Origin: an uncultured Ruminococcus sp.
GTDB lineage: Bacteria > Bacillota > Clostridia > Oscillospirales > Acutalibacteraceae
DNA: 61,516 bases
Assembly: GCA_902767325.1 (NCBI GenBank)
Contig: CACXGW010000118.1
Coordinates: forward strand, 1 to 61,516
Reading direction: 5' to 3'
The notes beneath the pieces are model-generated. The model ran no database searches and had not been told where the DNA came from. It saw only the letters and a program-made list of their open reading frames with translations. Made by a program: the position numbers and the translations under genes. Of the stretch, positions 18,536-27,825 are shown piece by piece. Every line of letters begins with the position of its first letter. Positions within the stretch are counted from its first letter, which is position 1.

Positions 18536-19606
18536 ATGAACAATTACAAAATCACATTGTTAAAGGGCGACGGAATCGGTCCCGAAATCGTAAACCAGGC
18601 TGTCAAGGTGCTTGACAAGGCTGCAGATAAGTTCGGATTCACCGTAACTTACGATGAGGCTCTGCTCGGTGGCTGCGCTATCGACGCTACGGGCGTGCCG
18701 CTTCCCGAAGAAACTATCGCCAAGTGCAAGGCGAGCGACAGCGTAATGCTCGGCGCGGTCGGCGGTCCCAAGTGGGACAACCAGCCCGGCAATAACCGTC
18801 CCGAGGCAGGTTTGCTCGGTATCCGCGGAGCGCTGGGTCTGTTCGCTAACCTCCGTCCCTCGGTCATTTTCGGACCGCTCAAGAGCGCGTCTCCCATAAA
18901 GGACGACATCATCGGCGACAATATGGACATTATGATCGTGCGCGAGCTGACCGGCGGTATCTACTTCGGCGAGCGCGGCAGAAAAGAAGTTGACGGTAAT
19001 AGAGCCGCATGGGATACCGAAATGTACACGGTTCCCGAAATCGAGCGCATCGCCAGAGTCGCTTTTGATCTTGCTATGAAGCGCGACAAGCGCGTAACAA
19101 GCGTCGATAAGGCTAACGTTCTTGAATCCTCACGCTTGTGGAGAGAGACCGTTATCCGCGTTGCCGAGGATTATCCCGAGGTCACGCTCAACCATATGTA
19201 TGTCGACAACTGCGCTATGCAGCTTGTCCGCAATCCCAAGCAGTTTGACGTTATCGTGACCTCAAACATTTTCGGCGATATACTCAGCGACGAGGCTTCG
19301 ATGATCGCCGGTTCTATCGGAATGCTGGCGTCCGCGAGTCTTTCCGGCGGAAAGCTCGGTCTGTATGAGCCTATCCACGGTTCGGCTCCCGACATCGCCG
19401 GTCAGAACATCGCAAATCCCCTTGCGACTATCCTTTCCGTCGCTATGATGCTCCGCTATTCTCTCGGTCAGCCCGAGGCTGCCGAGGCGATCGAAGCGGC
19501 TGTCGCAAAGGTGCTTGAAAACAACCGTACCCCCGATATTTACGAGGAAGGTATGAACAAGGTCAGCTGTGAAGAGATGGGAGATCTCGTCTGCGCTCAG
19601 CTTTAA
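18536..19606 (+). CDS. leuB: 3-isopropylmalate dehydrogenase
   Basis: [55 protein letters not shown]. Confidence 0.97.
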   Translation: MNNYKITLLKGDGIGPEIVNQAVKVLDKAADKFGFTVTYDEALLGGCAIDATGVPLPEETIAKCKASDSVMLGAVGGPKWDNQPGNNRPEAGLLGIRGALGLFANLRPSVIFGPLKSASPIKDDIIGDNMDIMIVRELTGGIYFGERGRKEVDGNRAAWDTEMYTVPEIERIARVAFDLAMKRDKRVTSVDKANVLESSRLWRETVIRVAEDYPEVTLNHMYVDNCAMQLVRNPKQFDVIVTSNIFGDILSDEASMIAGSIGMLASASLSGGKLGLYEPIHGSAPDIAGQNIANPLATILSVAMMLRYSLGQPEAAEAIEAAVAKVLENNRTPDIYEEGMNKVSCEEMGDLVCAQL

Positions 19607-19614
19607 GGTGAATT

Positions 19615-20334
19615 ATGGAACTCTTTGATATGCACTCTCACATCATTCCCGATTTTGACGACGGCGCCAGAACCGTTGAGGAAAGCCTGACGCTTATTGA
19701 TAGTCTTAAAAATCAGGGCGTGAGAAATATCTGTTTTACGCCGCATTTCTATACAAATGAATTAAGTCTTGAGGATTATCTTGCTCAGAGGCAGGAGGCT
19801 TTTGACGCGTTTGCGCCATACATTCCCGAGGATATTAATGTGGTGTTGGGGTGTGAGGTGTATATCACCGATTATCTGTTCAACAACAATGATCTTTCGG
19901 GTATCACATACGGAAAATCGAGATATATCCTCACGGAGTTTTCCTACAGCACCGTGTTCAACGAAAGAACCTTGCAGAGGTTTTATATTCTTATTCAGAA
20001 TTATAATCTTATCCCGGTCATTCCGCACGTTGAGCGTTATCCCGATCTGCTTGACCATCCCGATGTTATCTCTAGGCTGAAGGATCTTGGCGTCGTTGTG
20101 CAGACAAATATCTCAAACTTCACGCAGAACACGCCTTTTTTCCGCAAACGCCGTCTTTTAAAGCTTATTGACAAAGAGCTGATCGATATTATTGGGTCGG
20201 ACACGCATTCAATGACTCATAATCCGCCCGACGTTTTCGGTGAGGCGCTGCGTACCATCACACAAAAATGCGGGTCACGCGCAACTGCGCGGATGATGAA
20301 AAAAGCGGAGAGGATCTTCCGCAGAAGTTTATAA
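19615..20334 (+). CDS. PHP-family tyrosine-protein phosphatase (CpsB/CapC/YwqE-like)
   Basis: DMHSHIIP.FDDG, TPHF, GCEV, PHVERY, GSDTH metal-binding motifs. Confidence 0.85.
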   Translation: MELFDMHSHIIPDFDDGARTVEESLTLIDSLKNQGVRNICFTPHFYTNELSLEDYLAQRQEAFDAFAPYIPEDINVVLGCEVYITDYLFNNNDLSGITYGKSRYILTEFSYSTVFNERTLQRFYILIQNYNLIPVIPHVERYPDLLDHPDVISRLKDLGVVVQTNISNFTQNTPFFRKRRLLKLIDKELIDIIGSDTHSMTHNPPDVFGEALRTITQKCGSRATARMMKKAERIFRRSL

Positions 20335-20340
20335 AAGAAT

Positions 20341-20386
20341 AAATGCTCTCCTTATGCTTTTACGCTTTCGGAGAGCATTTTTGTGT
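20341..20386. terminator. Bidirectional terminator
   Basis: AAATGCTCTCC...GGAGAGCATTTTT inverted repeat between convergent genes. Confidence 0.7.
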
Positions 20387-21697
20387 TTATTTTGCTTCGT
20401 CGGCGATGCAGTTGTCAAGCGCTTTGATGATTGCTTCCTTGTCCATCTTTCTGCCGATGAATACGAGCTTGTTGACTCTGTCGCCGTAAACGGGATGCCA
20501 CGCTTTGGCGATGTCGGGATTCATTTCGAGGATCTCTTTTCTGTCCTCCTCGGGGAAGGCGGCTATCCAGTCGCCGTCGTCGGTGGCGTATTTCTGCTTG
20601 CCGCTTTGTTCAAATATATATGCGGTGTTCGGAGCTTCGGTGACCCAGAAAAGACCCTTAGCGCGGATAACCTCCTTAGGCCATTCACCGAAAACGAACT
20701 GCTCGAACTTTTCTTTATTGAACGGTTTTACGTTCTGATAAACGAAGGTGCCTATGCCGTATTCCTCGGCTTCGCCTTCTTCGTGGTGATGATGGTGATG
20801 GTGGTGATGGCCGTGGCCGTGTTCCTCGTGTTCATCATGTTCTTCGTGTTCGTGGTGATGATGTTCGTGATGGTCATGCTCGTCGTGGTCGTGGTGATCG
20901 TGATGATGCTCTTCGTGTTCATCGTCGTGGTGCATGGTCTCGGAGTTTTCGCCTTCAAGCTCCATCGCCTTTACCCAGCCCGCGCTCTGCATGATCTTTC
21001 TCATATCAAAATTGTTTGTCGCAAGGATCTCGCCGACGTCGACCTTACCGTAGTTGGTTTCGATTATCTTTGCCTCGGGCTGGAGAGCCTTGATGACCTC
21101 GAGAACCGCCTTTTTCTCTTCGGGGGTGACCAGATCGACCTTGTTCAGAATGATAGTGGTGCAGTATTCGATTTGCTGGATAAGCAGGTTTTCAATATCT
21201 TCCTCGTCCAGATCGTCGTTGAGAAGCGCTTTGCCCGCACCGAATTCATCCGCCATTCTTTTGGCGTCAACGATCGTTGTTATGCTGTCGAGATATGCCA
21301 CCGCGGGGAGATTCGCGCCTTCCTGGGTGCCGTCGAGCATACAGATAGAGCCGGCAATAGGACCGGGTTCGCAAATGCCAGAGGCTTCAATGAGGATATA
21401 GTCGAAGCGTCCGGAACGCGCAAGCTCAATGATCTGCTTCATCAAGTCGACCTTTAAGGTGCAGCAGATACAGCCGTTTTGCAGGGGAACGAGATTTTCG
21501 TCCTTCTGAGTAACTGCGCCGCCCTTAGCGATGAGAGACGCGTCGATATTGACCTCGCCGATGTCGTTGACGATAACGGCGACCTTGTAGCCCTCCTGGT
21601 TTGCAAGAACATGATTAAGTACGGTCGTTTTTCCGGCGCCGAGGTAACCCGTCAACAGAGATACGGGCACGCGGCTTGTTTGTTTTTTCTTGAACAT
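20387..21697 (-). CDS. COG0523 (CobW/YciC/ZigA-type) G3E metallochaperone GTPase with His-rich insert
   Basis: GYLGAGKTT, GCICC, EASG, NKVD, about 55-aa His/Glu/Asp tract, RAKG..LVFIG CobW_C domain. Confidence 0.92.
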   Translation of the reverse strand: MFKKKQTSRVPVSLLTGYLGAGKTTVLNHVLANQEGYKVAVIVNDIGEVNIDASLIAKGGAVTQKDENLVPLQNGCICCTLKVDLMKQIIELARSGRFDYILIEASGICEPGPIAGSICMLDGTQEGANLPAVAYLDSITTIVDAKRMADEFGAGKALLNDDLDEEDIENLLIQQIEYCTTIILNKVDLVTPEEKKAVLEVIKALQPEAKIIETNYGKVDVGEILATNNFDMRKIMQSAGWVKAMELEGENSETMHHDDEHEEHHHDHHDHDEHDHHEHHHHEHEEHDEHEEHGHGHHHHHHHHHEEGEAEEYGIGTFVYQNVKPFNKEKFEQFVFGEWPKEVIRAKGLFWVTEAPNTAYIFEQSGKQKYATDDGDWIAAFPEEDRKEILEMNPDIAKAWHPVYGDRVNKLVFIGRKMDKEAIIKALDNCIADEAK

Positions 21698-21743
21698 TTT
21701 TTCCTCCTGTGTGATTATTCCTTTATCTATTTATATTTGCTTG

Positions 21744-22190
21744 TTATCTTAACGTTTTAAAAAAATCCTTGAGCAGCTGCGAGCATTCTTCCTGTAGAAT
21801 GCCGCCCTCGTATTCGGGCTTGAAGTTATAAGGCATTTCAAAAAGATTGGTTATGCTGCCGCAGGAGCCGTTTTTGAAATCGTACGCGCCGAAATAAACC
21901 TTCGGGATATGCGCGTTTATTATAGCACCGGCGCACATGGGGCAGGGCTCAAGCGTAACATATATCTCGCAGTTCCACAGCCGCCATCCGCCCAGCTTTT
22001 TGCAGGCGTTGTTTATAGCGTCCGTTTCGGCGTGAAGCAGGGCGTTTTTTTCTTTTTCGCGGCGGTTTCTTCCCTCGGCGATTATCTCGTCGTCACGAAC
22101 GATAACGGCGCCTACAGGCACCTCGCCGTCGTCAAACGCTTCGCGGGCAAGCTCCAGCGCTCGGTTCATATAATGCACTTTTTTGTCCAC
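21744..22190 (-). CDS. tadA: tRNA adenosine(34) deaminase
   Basis: EVPVGAVIV, HAE, TLEPCPMCAGAI, LLKDFFKTLR. Confidence 0.9.
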   Translation of the reverse strand: MDKKVHYMNRALELAREAFDDGEVPVGAVIVRDDEIIAEGRNRREKEKNALLHAETDAINNACKKLGGWRLWNCEIYVTLEPCPMCAGAIINAHIPKVYFGAYDFKNGSCGSITNLFEMPYNFKPEYEGGILQEECSQLLKDFFKTLR

Positions 22191-22191
22191 G

Positions 22192-23253
22192 TTATGACGC
22201 TCCCATCAGCAGCGATAAGGTTTCTTTAGGTATCAGGTTGTAAACCGTTTCGGTTATCAGCATCGCGCAAAAGACAATGATGCCCGGGGTCGCGAAGAAC
22301 GAAGAAAACTTTTCCTTCAAGGTGAGCGTGTCTGTATCGGAGAAACAGTTTTTATCTGAATTGGAAAGCTTGAAAAACTGCTTATCCGCACGCGAAAGAT
22401 AGATAAACGACAAGATACCCAACAGGCAGAAGGTGACTATAAGCGTTGACGCGAAAAGAATGTTTGCCGTATCGTTGTTTAAATAAGTATTCATCCCGTC
22501 GCGCAAAATCGCGTAAAAATTGTTTGCGAAATGAAGAATGACCGACGGTACGATCGAGTTTGCCTTGCAGTCAAGGTATCCGAAGATCAATCCGAGGGTG
22601 AAAGCAAACACGATCTGTGTAGTGTTTCCGTGCATCAATCCGAAAACCAAAGCGGAACTCAGAATAGCAAACGCGTCGCCGTATTTTCTCATAACACCCA
22701 TAAACACACCGCGGAATGCGATCTCTTCGGCAAACGCCGGCAGAATAGCCGTTGTTATAAAGGTGAAAACGAGCTGCATCCAGGTTTGGGTGGCGTCGTC
22801 GGACTGGGCGTAGTTTTTCAGATTGAACATCGAAATGTTGTTGTCAAACATTATCGCGAATTCGTTTGCGATCATAGCGGCAGCCATTCCGATAAGTATC
22901 ATCGGGACAAGCTTTTTCATCGGTACATGGCTTTTCGGAAAATAATCGCTTATCCTGTTTTTGGAGATAACGCGGTAAAAGAAGCACGCGGTCAGAGGCG
23001 ATACAGCGTAAACGAACACCTCTACGCTGTATACAAGCTCGTCCGTAACACCGTTGAGCCCCTTGAGAACGCTTACGAGAACGGTGATCACTATCTGCAT
23101 AACGAGATAATATACAACCAAAAAGAATCCCAAACCGTTTGAGGTTTTTCTCAATGATCGTTTTTCGGTATACTTGGGATCGGGTTTAGGCTGAATATAT
23201 GCAGGCGGCATCGTATATGGCGCTGAGTTGTATTGATTATTAATGTTTTGCAT
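22192..23253 (-). CDS. CPBP/Abi (CAAX protease-like) intramembrane metalloprotease
   Basis: Many TM helices, AEEIAFRG, FGLMH, HFANN motifs; ATG 23253 with GGAG RBS. Confidence 0.88.
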   Translation of the reverse strand: MQNINNQYNSAPYTMPPAYIQPKPDPKYTEKRSLRKTSNGLGFFLVVYYLVMQIVITVLVSVLKGLNGVTDELVYSVEVFVYAVSPLTACFFYRVISKNRISDYFPKSHVPMKKLVPMILIGMAAAMIANEFAIMFDNNISMFNLKNYAQSDDATQTWMQLVFTFITTAILPAFAEEIAFRGVFMGVMRKYGDAFAILSSALVFGLMHGNTTQIVFAFTLGLIFGYLDCKANSIVPSVILHFANNFYAILRDGMNTYLNNDTANILFASTLIVTFCLLGILSFIYLSRADKQFFKLSNSDKNCFSDTDTLTLKEKFSSFFATPGIIVFCAMLITETVYNLIPKETLSLLMGAS

Positions 23254-23341
23254 AAAAATCACTCCAAATCTAATTGTATCATAATAATATGGACTTTTCA
23301 AGACAGAATAATCATTGGTTACGGTATTACAAGACTGTAAA

Positions 23342-23370
23342 TTGACAAAGCGGGCTTTTGGTGGTAAATT
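23342..23370 (+). promoter_or_regulatory. Sigma-A promoter of the first cytidylyltransferase module
   Basis: TTGACA-N17-TAAATT with extended TG. Confidence 0.55.
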
Positions 23371-23423
23371 TAGAATAGCTATAAGTGTAATTATAACAAT
23401 TTTCGATAGGAGAGCCTTGTGAT

Positions 23424-24164
23424 ATGATTACAGCAATGTTGTTCGCGGGCGGAAGCGGCGTAAGAATGGAGTCATCCGATCTGCCAAAGCAGTTTCTGGA
23501 GGTCGGCGGAAAACCGATAATTATTCATACCATGGAGCATTTCGCCAATCATCCCAGAGTGGACGCGATCGTGGTCGCCTGTAAGGAAGACTGGATAGAT
23601 TATCTCAACAACCTTATCAGGCAGTTTGGCATCCAAAAGGTCAAGGCAGTTGTTCCGGGCGGTCCGAACGGCTTCGATTCGATTCATAACGGCGTGGTTG
23701 CTACGGCTCAGTTTTCGCTTGAAGGCGACGATATAATCCTTATTTGCGACGGCGTTCGTCCCATGCTCACCGAAAAGCTGATCACAGACTGCATCGAGCA
23801 TACCGAAAAGTATAATACCGCCGTTCCCGTTACGCCGAGTATCGACTCGCTTTTGTACAGCACCGACGGTGAATTCTGCGGCAAAAGCTACGACAGAAAC
23901 ACAATGTATATCACTCAGGCGCCTCAGGGCTACACTATGGAGCGCATTCTGTGGGCGCACGAGGAAGCGTACCGCCGCGGTATTCTCAACCCGGTATCTT
24001 CGAGCGAATTGTTTATCGAGCTGGGGGAGAAGATCCATATCTTCAAGGGCGAGCGCTTCAACATCAAGGTTACGACTCCGGAGGATCTGATCACCCTGCG
24101 TTCTCAGTTCTATTACGAGAACTACAAGAGGTTTGCAAAGGAAGAGCTCAAATATGGCATTTAA
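23424..24164 (+). CDS. IspD/TarI-family sugar-phosphate cytidylyltransferase (copy 1)
   Basis: FAGGSGVRM..LPKQFL, DGVRP, QAPQGY, NIKVTTPED. Confidence 0.9.
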   Translation: MITAMLFAGGSGVRMESSDLPKQFLEVGGKPIIIHTMEHFANHPRVDAIVVACKEDWIDYLNNLIRQFGIQKVKAVVPGGPNGFDSIHNGVVATAQFSLEGDDIILICDGVRPMLTEKLITDCIEHTEKYNTAVPVTPSIDSLLYSTDGEFCGKSYDRNTMYITQAPQGYTMERILWAHEEAYRRGILNPVSSSELFIELGEKIHIFKGERFNIKVTTPEDLITLRSQFYYENYKRFAKEELKYGI

Positions 24165-25248
24165 GGTAAAGGACTGCGTAAAACCCGGCGTTTATGCCGA
24201 TCTGGAAGAAATAGCTTCTTCCGGCGTTCCGTTTGAAAAGCTGAAAAACAGCACGGTGCTCATCACCGGCGCGGGCGGATTCATCGGATTCCATCTCACG
24301 GCGGCGCTTTTGCTTCGCAACGATAAATACGGAGATAATATCCGCGTTGAGGCGCTGGTGCGCAATAAAGAGCGCGCTAAGAAAAAATTCGGCGAACTGT
24401 TGAACCGCGGCGATCTGACGCTTTGCGTTCAGGACGTTACAAAGCCGATCGACGCCGAGCCTGCCGATTATGTTATTCACGCGGCTAGCCAGGCGAGCAA
24501 TATTCAGTTTGAGACCGACCCCGTCGGCACGATAAGCGCAAACCTGAGCGGCACTGCCAACGTGCTCGATTTCGCGCTCAAAAGCAAAAGTAAAAGCACG
24601 CTTGTCGTCTCAAGCCTCAAGGTTTACGGCGTGATTTACGGAGAGAAGAACGCGATAAGCGAAAGCGATAACGGTTATATCGATTTTACCGATTATAAAA
24701 ACTGCTACGCGATGGGCAAGAGAGCCTCCGAAACGCTTGCCGCTTCTTATCACAATGAATACGGCCTGCGCGTTACTCTGGCTCGTCCGAGCTATATTTA
24801 CGGCGCCAGCTCGCTTGAAGACGACCGCGTTTGGGCTCAGTTTATAGCCAATGCCGTCCGCGGCGAGGATATTCTTCTGAAGTCCAACGGTGCCGCAAAG
24901 CGTTCTTTCTGTTATGTTACAGACACCGCTGCCGCGCTGCTTTTCATCCTTTTGAAGGGCGAGCCGGTCACACCGTACAATATTGCCAACAAAGCGTCCG
25001 ATGTCACTATAAGAGGATTCGCGAAAAAAGCCTGCGAGGTTTTCCCCGAAAAGGGAATGAAGCTTGCTTTTGCTGATCCCGCGGACGAAAAAGAGCCCGA
25101 AGAAGCGCCTTCGCCGCTGCGCACCGTCCCCGAGATCCTGGACAGCTCAAGGCTTTTGGCGCTGGGATGGAAGCCGGGGGTCGATTTGGCTGAAGGAATC
25201 AGAAGGTCCGTGCGTATTTTGGAGGAACAGGAAAAGCAAAATTCCTGA
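24154..25248 (+). CDS. NAD-dependent epimerase/reductase (extended SDR)
   Basis: TGAGGFIG, IHAASQAS, YAMGK (YxxxK), RSFCYVTD; start overlaps the upstream gene. Confidence 0.88.
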   Translation: MAFKVKDCVKPGVYADLEEIASSGVPFEKLKNSTVLITGAGGFIGFHLTAALLLRNDKYGDNIRVEALVRNKERAKKKFGELLNRGDLTLCVQDVTKPIDAEPADYVIHAASQASNIQFETDPVGTISANLSGTANVLDFALKSKSKSTLVVSSLKVYGVIYGEKNAISESDNGYIDFTDYKNCYAMGKRASETLAASYHNEYGLRVTLARPSYIYGASSLEDDRVWAQFIANAVRGEDILLKSNGAAKRSFCYVTDTAAALLFILLKGEPVTPYNIANKASDVTIRGFAKKACEVFPEKGMKLAFADPADEKEPEEAPSPLRTVPEILDSSRLLALGWKPGVDLAEGIRRSVRILEEQEKQNS

Positions 25249-25259
25249 TTTTCGGTCAT

Positions 25260-25289
25260 TTGACAAGAGCTCTGATATTATGGTATGAT
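25260..25289 (+). promoter_or_regulatory. Sigma-A promoter of the second cytidylyltransferase module
   Basis: TTGACA-N18-TATGAT with extended TG; TATAAT just downstream. Confidence 0.55.
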
Positions 25290-25342
25290 ATTATAATAAG
25301 TTACAAGCATTTTTCTCAAGGCAGAGAAGGGAACGGGATTTT

Positions 25343-26038
25343 ATGAATACCGCCATTATTCTTGCGGGCGGCGTTGGGAGCCGTATGGGTCTTGACTGCC
25401 CCAAGCAGTTTTTGATGGTTCAGGACAAACCTATTATTTCTTACTGTTTCGATATTTTTCAAAAGCATTCCGAGATCGATAATATCGTTGTTGTCGTCAG
25501 CGAGCAGTGGCAGGATTTTGTTGAGGAATACGCCGGAAAGTACGGCGTCGATAAGATCCGCGGCTATGCTCCCGCGGGAAAAACCAGACAGCACTCCATC
25601 TACAACGGACTGAAGTGTATCGCCGAAACCTGTCCGGATACCGAGATCGTTATCGTTCACGACGCCGCGCGTCCGCTCGTTTCGGATGAGATCATCTCAG
25701 ACTGCATCAAGGGCGCGACCGATTACGACGGCGCGATGCCCGTTATTTCCGTTAAGGATACGGTGTATCAGAGCAGCGACGGCGAGAAGATCGGATGTCT
25801 GCTTAAAAGAAGCGAGCTTTTTGCGGGACAGGCTCCCGAAAGCTTTAAATTCAAAAAATACTATCAGATACATAATGAGGTCAGCGACGAGGAGATCGGC
25901 GCTACAGCGGGCAGCAGCGAGATCGCTTACCGCCACGGAATGGAGATCCGTATGGTCAGGGGCAGCGAGCGCAACCTGAAGATCACCACTGTTGAAGACC
26001 TTGAAACCTTTGAAACGATTTTGAAAGGCGGATTCTGA
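25343..26038 (+). CDS. IspD/TarI-family sugar-phosphate cytidylyltransferase (copy 2)
   Basis: LAGGVGSRM..PKQFL, HDAARP, GQAPESF, NLKITTVEDL. Confidence 0.9.
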   Translation: MNTAIILAGGVGSRMGLDCPKQFLMVQDKPIISYCFDIFQKHSEIDNIVVVVSEQWQDFVEEYAGKYGVDKIRGYAPAGKTRQHSIYNGLKCIAETCPDTEIVIVHDAARPLVSDEIISDCIKGATDYDGAMPVISVKDTVYQSSDGEKIGCLLKRSELFAGQAPESFKFKKYYQIHNEVSDEEIGATAGSSEIAYRHGMEIRMVRGSERNLKITTVEDLETFETILKGGF

Positions 26039-27091
26039 ATGGATACTATGAAAGCGAGAGTTTTAAGAGAAGTCGGCAATCTCGAATACTGCGATTATCC
26101 CTTACCGCAGATCAAACCCGATGAAGTCCTTTTCCGGGTGAGAGCTTGCGGCGTATGCGGTTCCGACATCCCCCGTATTTTTGTTAACGGCACATATCAT
26201 TTTCCGACAATTCCCGGCCACGAGTTTTCCGGCGAGGTCGTGAATGTCGGCGATGAGAAATATAAAGATCTTGTCGGTATGAGAGCCACGGTATTCCCGC
26301 TCATTCCCTGCAAGAAATGCGAAAACTGTAACAACGGCGACTACGAGATGTGCAAAAGCTACGATTATCTCGGTTCGCGCAGCGACGGCGCTTACGCGGA
26401 ATATGTGCGTGTTCCCGTTTGGAACCTTGTTCCGATCCCCGATAACGTAAGCTTTGAGGTCGCGGCGATGACAGAGCCCTGTGCGGTTGCTGTTCACGCT
26501 TTGCGCAGAGCGCAGATCGAAGTCGGCGACAATGTCGTGATCTTCGGACCCGGAACCATCGGAATGCTCATCGCTCAGTGGGCGAGAGCCTGGGGCGCAA
26601 GGGTACTGCTTGTCGGTACCGACGTGAACAATTGGGATTTCATTGAAAGCCTCGGGTTTACCGAATACTGCAATTCTTCACGCGAAAACGCTATAGAATG
26701 GGTAAAGGAAAAAACCGGCGGAGTAGGAGCCGACATTGCGATCGAAGCTGTCGGTATCCCCGTTACCGCCTGCAATTGTCTTGAGGCTGCCGCTTCGGGC
26801 GGCAAGGTGATCTTTGTGGGCAATCCCCACGGCGACTTCACCTTTCCTCAAAACACATATTGGCAGATCCTCAGAAAACAGCTTACGATTTTCGGCACAT
26901 GGAATTCCGCTTACAGCGAAACCCACAAGAGCGACTGGAATATGGTAGTCAACGCCCTTTCCAACGGCTCGATCGACGCCGAAAAGCTTATTACTCACCG
27001 ATTCACCCTTGCCGATATGGACAAGGGATTGGATATAATGAAAAACAATTCCGAATTTTTTGCCAAAGTTATGGTCGTGATGAACGACTGA
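26039..27091 (+). CDS. Zn-dependent polyol-phosphate dehydrogenase (GatD-like, MDR family)
   Basis: CGSD, GHEFSG, CKKCENC..C structural Zn site, GPGTIG, ILRKQLTIFGTWNS. Confidence 0.88.
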   Translation: MDTMKARVLREVGNLEYCDYPLPQIKPDEVLFRVRACGVCGSDIPRIFVNGTYHFPTIPGHEFSGEVVNVGDEKYKDLVGMRATVFPLIPCKKCENCNNGDYEMCKSYDYLGSRSDGAYAEYVRVPVWNLVPIPDNVSFEVAAMTEPCAVAVHALRRAQIEVGDNVVIFGPGTIGMLIAQWARAWGARVLLVGTDVNNWDFIESLGFTEYCNSSRENAIEWVKEKTGGVGADIAIEAVGIPVTACNCLEAAASGGKVIFVGNPHGDFTFPQNTYWQILRKQLTIFGTWNSAYSETHKSDWNMVVNALSNGSIDAEKLITHRFTLADMDKGLDIMKNNSEFFAKVMVVMND

Positions 27092-27106
27092 ATTTAAGGA
27101 GTTTTT

Positions 27107-27772
27107 ATGAACGGTATGCTGTCTCCGTCGCTGATGTGCGCAGATGTGCTTAATCTTCAGTCGGAACTGACGGTTCTGGACAAGATGGGTGTTGAGTATA
27201 TTCATCTCGATTTTATGGATAATCGGTTTGTTTCCAACATCACGCTTGACACCGGACTGATTAAAGCTACAAAATCCGTACTCACGCAGATGAAACGTGA
27301 TATACATATCATGGCATATGAGCCTCAGCAATACTTTGACCGCATGGATATCGGCGAAGGCGATATTGTTTCGGTGCATTATGAGGCTTGTGAAAAGCTT
27401 TCCGATGTGATCGCCGACATAAGGCAAAGAGGCGCTTCTCCGTTTTTGGCGATAAGCCCTGATACGCCTGCAGAGGTTTTGTGCGATTTTTTTGACGTCA
27501 TCGACGGATGCCTTGTCATGACGGTTTATCCCGGCTTTGCCGGAAGACCGATCGTTCCCGGCAGCTTTGAAAAGCTTGCACGCGTAAAGAGTCTTATAAA
27601 AGAAAGCGGTAAAAACATTCTGATGGAGGTTGACGGTCACGTCAGCTGGGACCTGTGCCGTAAAATGCGCGACTGCGGCGCGGATATTTTCGTTGCGGGT
27701 TCCTCTTCGCTTTATCAGAAAGGGCTTGATATCGAAGACGCCGTAGCGCGTATGCGTGAATTGGTCAAGTGA
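27107..27772 (+). CDS. Ribulose-phosphate 3-epimerase family protein, AlsE (allulose-6-P 3-epimerase)-like
   Basis: LSPSLMCAD, HLDFMD, DIHIM, MTVYPGFAG, EVDG, VAGSSSLY. Confidence 0.82.
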   Translation: MNGMLSPSLMCADVLNLQSELTVLDKMGVEYIHLDFMDNRFVSNITLDTGLIKATKSVLTQMKRDIHIMAYEPQQYFDRMDIGEGDIVSVHYEACEKLSDVIADIRQRGASPFLAISPDTPAEVLCDFFDVIDGCLVMTVYPGFAGRPIVPGSFEKLARVKSLIKESGKNILMEVDGHVSWDLCRKMRDCGADIFVAGSSSLYQKGLDIEDAVARMRELVK

Positions 27773-27825
27773 TTTCATACCGATACACATTTTAGTATCA
27801 AATACCGAAAATATGGGGTGTATTT

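Noticed and set aside
20775-20940. Low-complexity GTG/ATG repeats as a possible tandem repeat or CRISPR
   Set aside because: Explained by His/Glu/Asp codons; no fixed repeat-spacer structure
20354-21457. 367-aa plus-strand ORF rich in Val/Met
   Set aside because: Antisense shadow of the COG0523 gene; the VMM runs are the reverse complement of His codons
23424-26038. Assigning gene symbols ispD or tarI/tarJ
   Set aside because: No ispF nearby and substrate cannot be fixed from motifs; context favours CDP-polyol synthesis of uncertain type
26678-27790. 370-aa minus-strand ORF
   Set aside because: Antisense to the dehydrogenase and epimerase genes; no recognisable motifs or RBS
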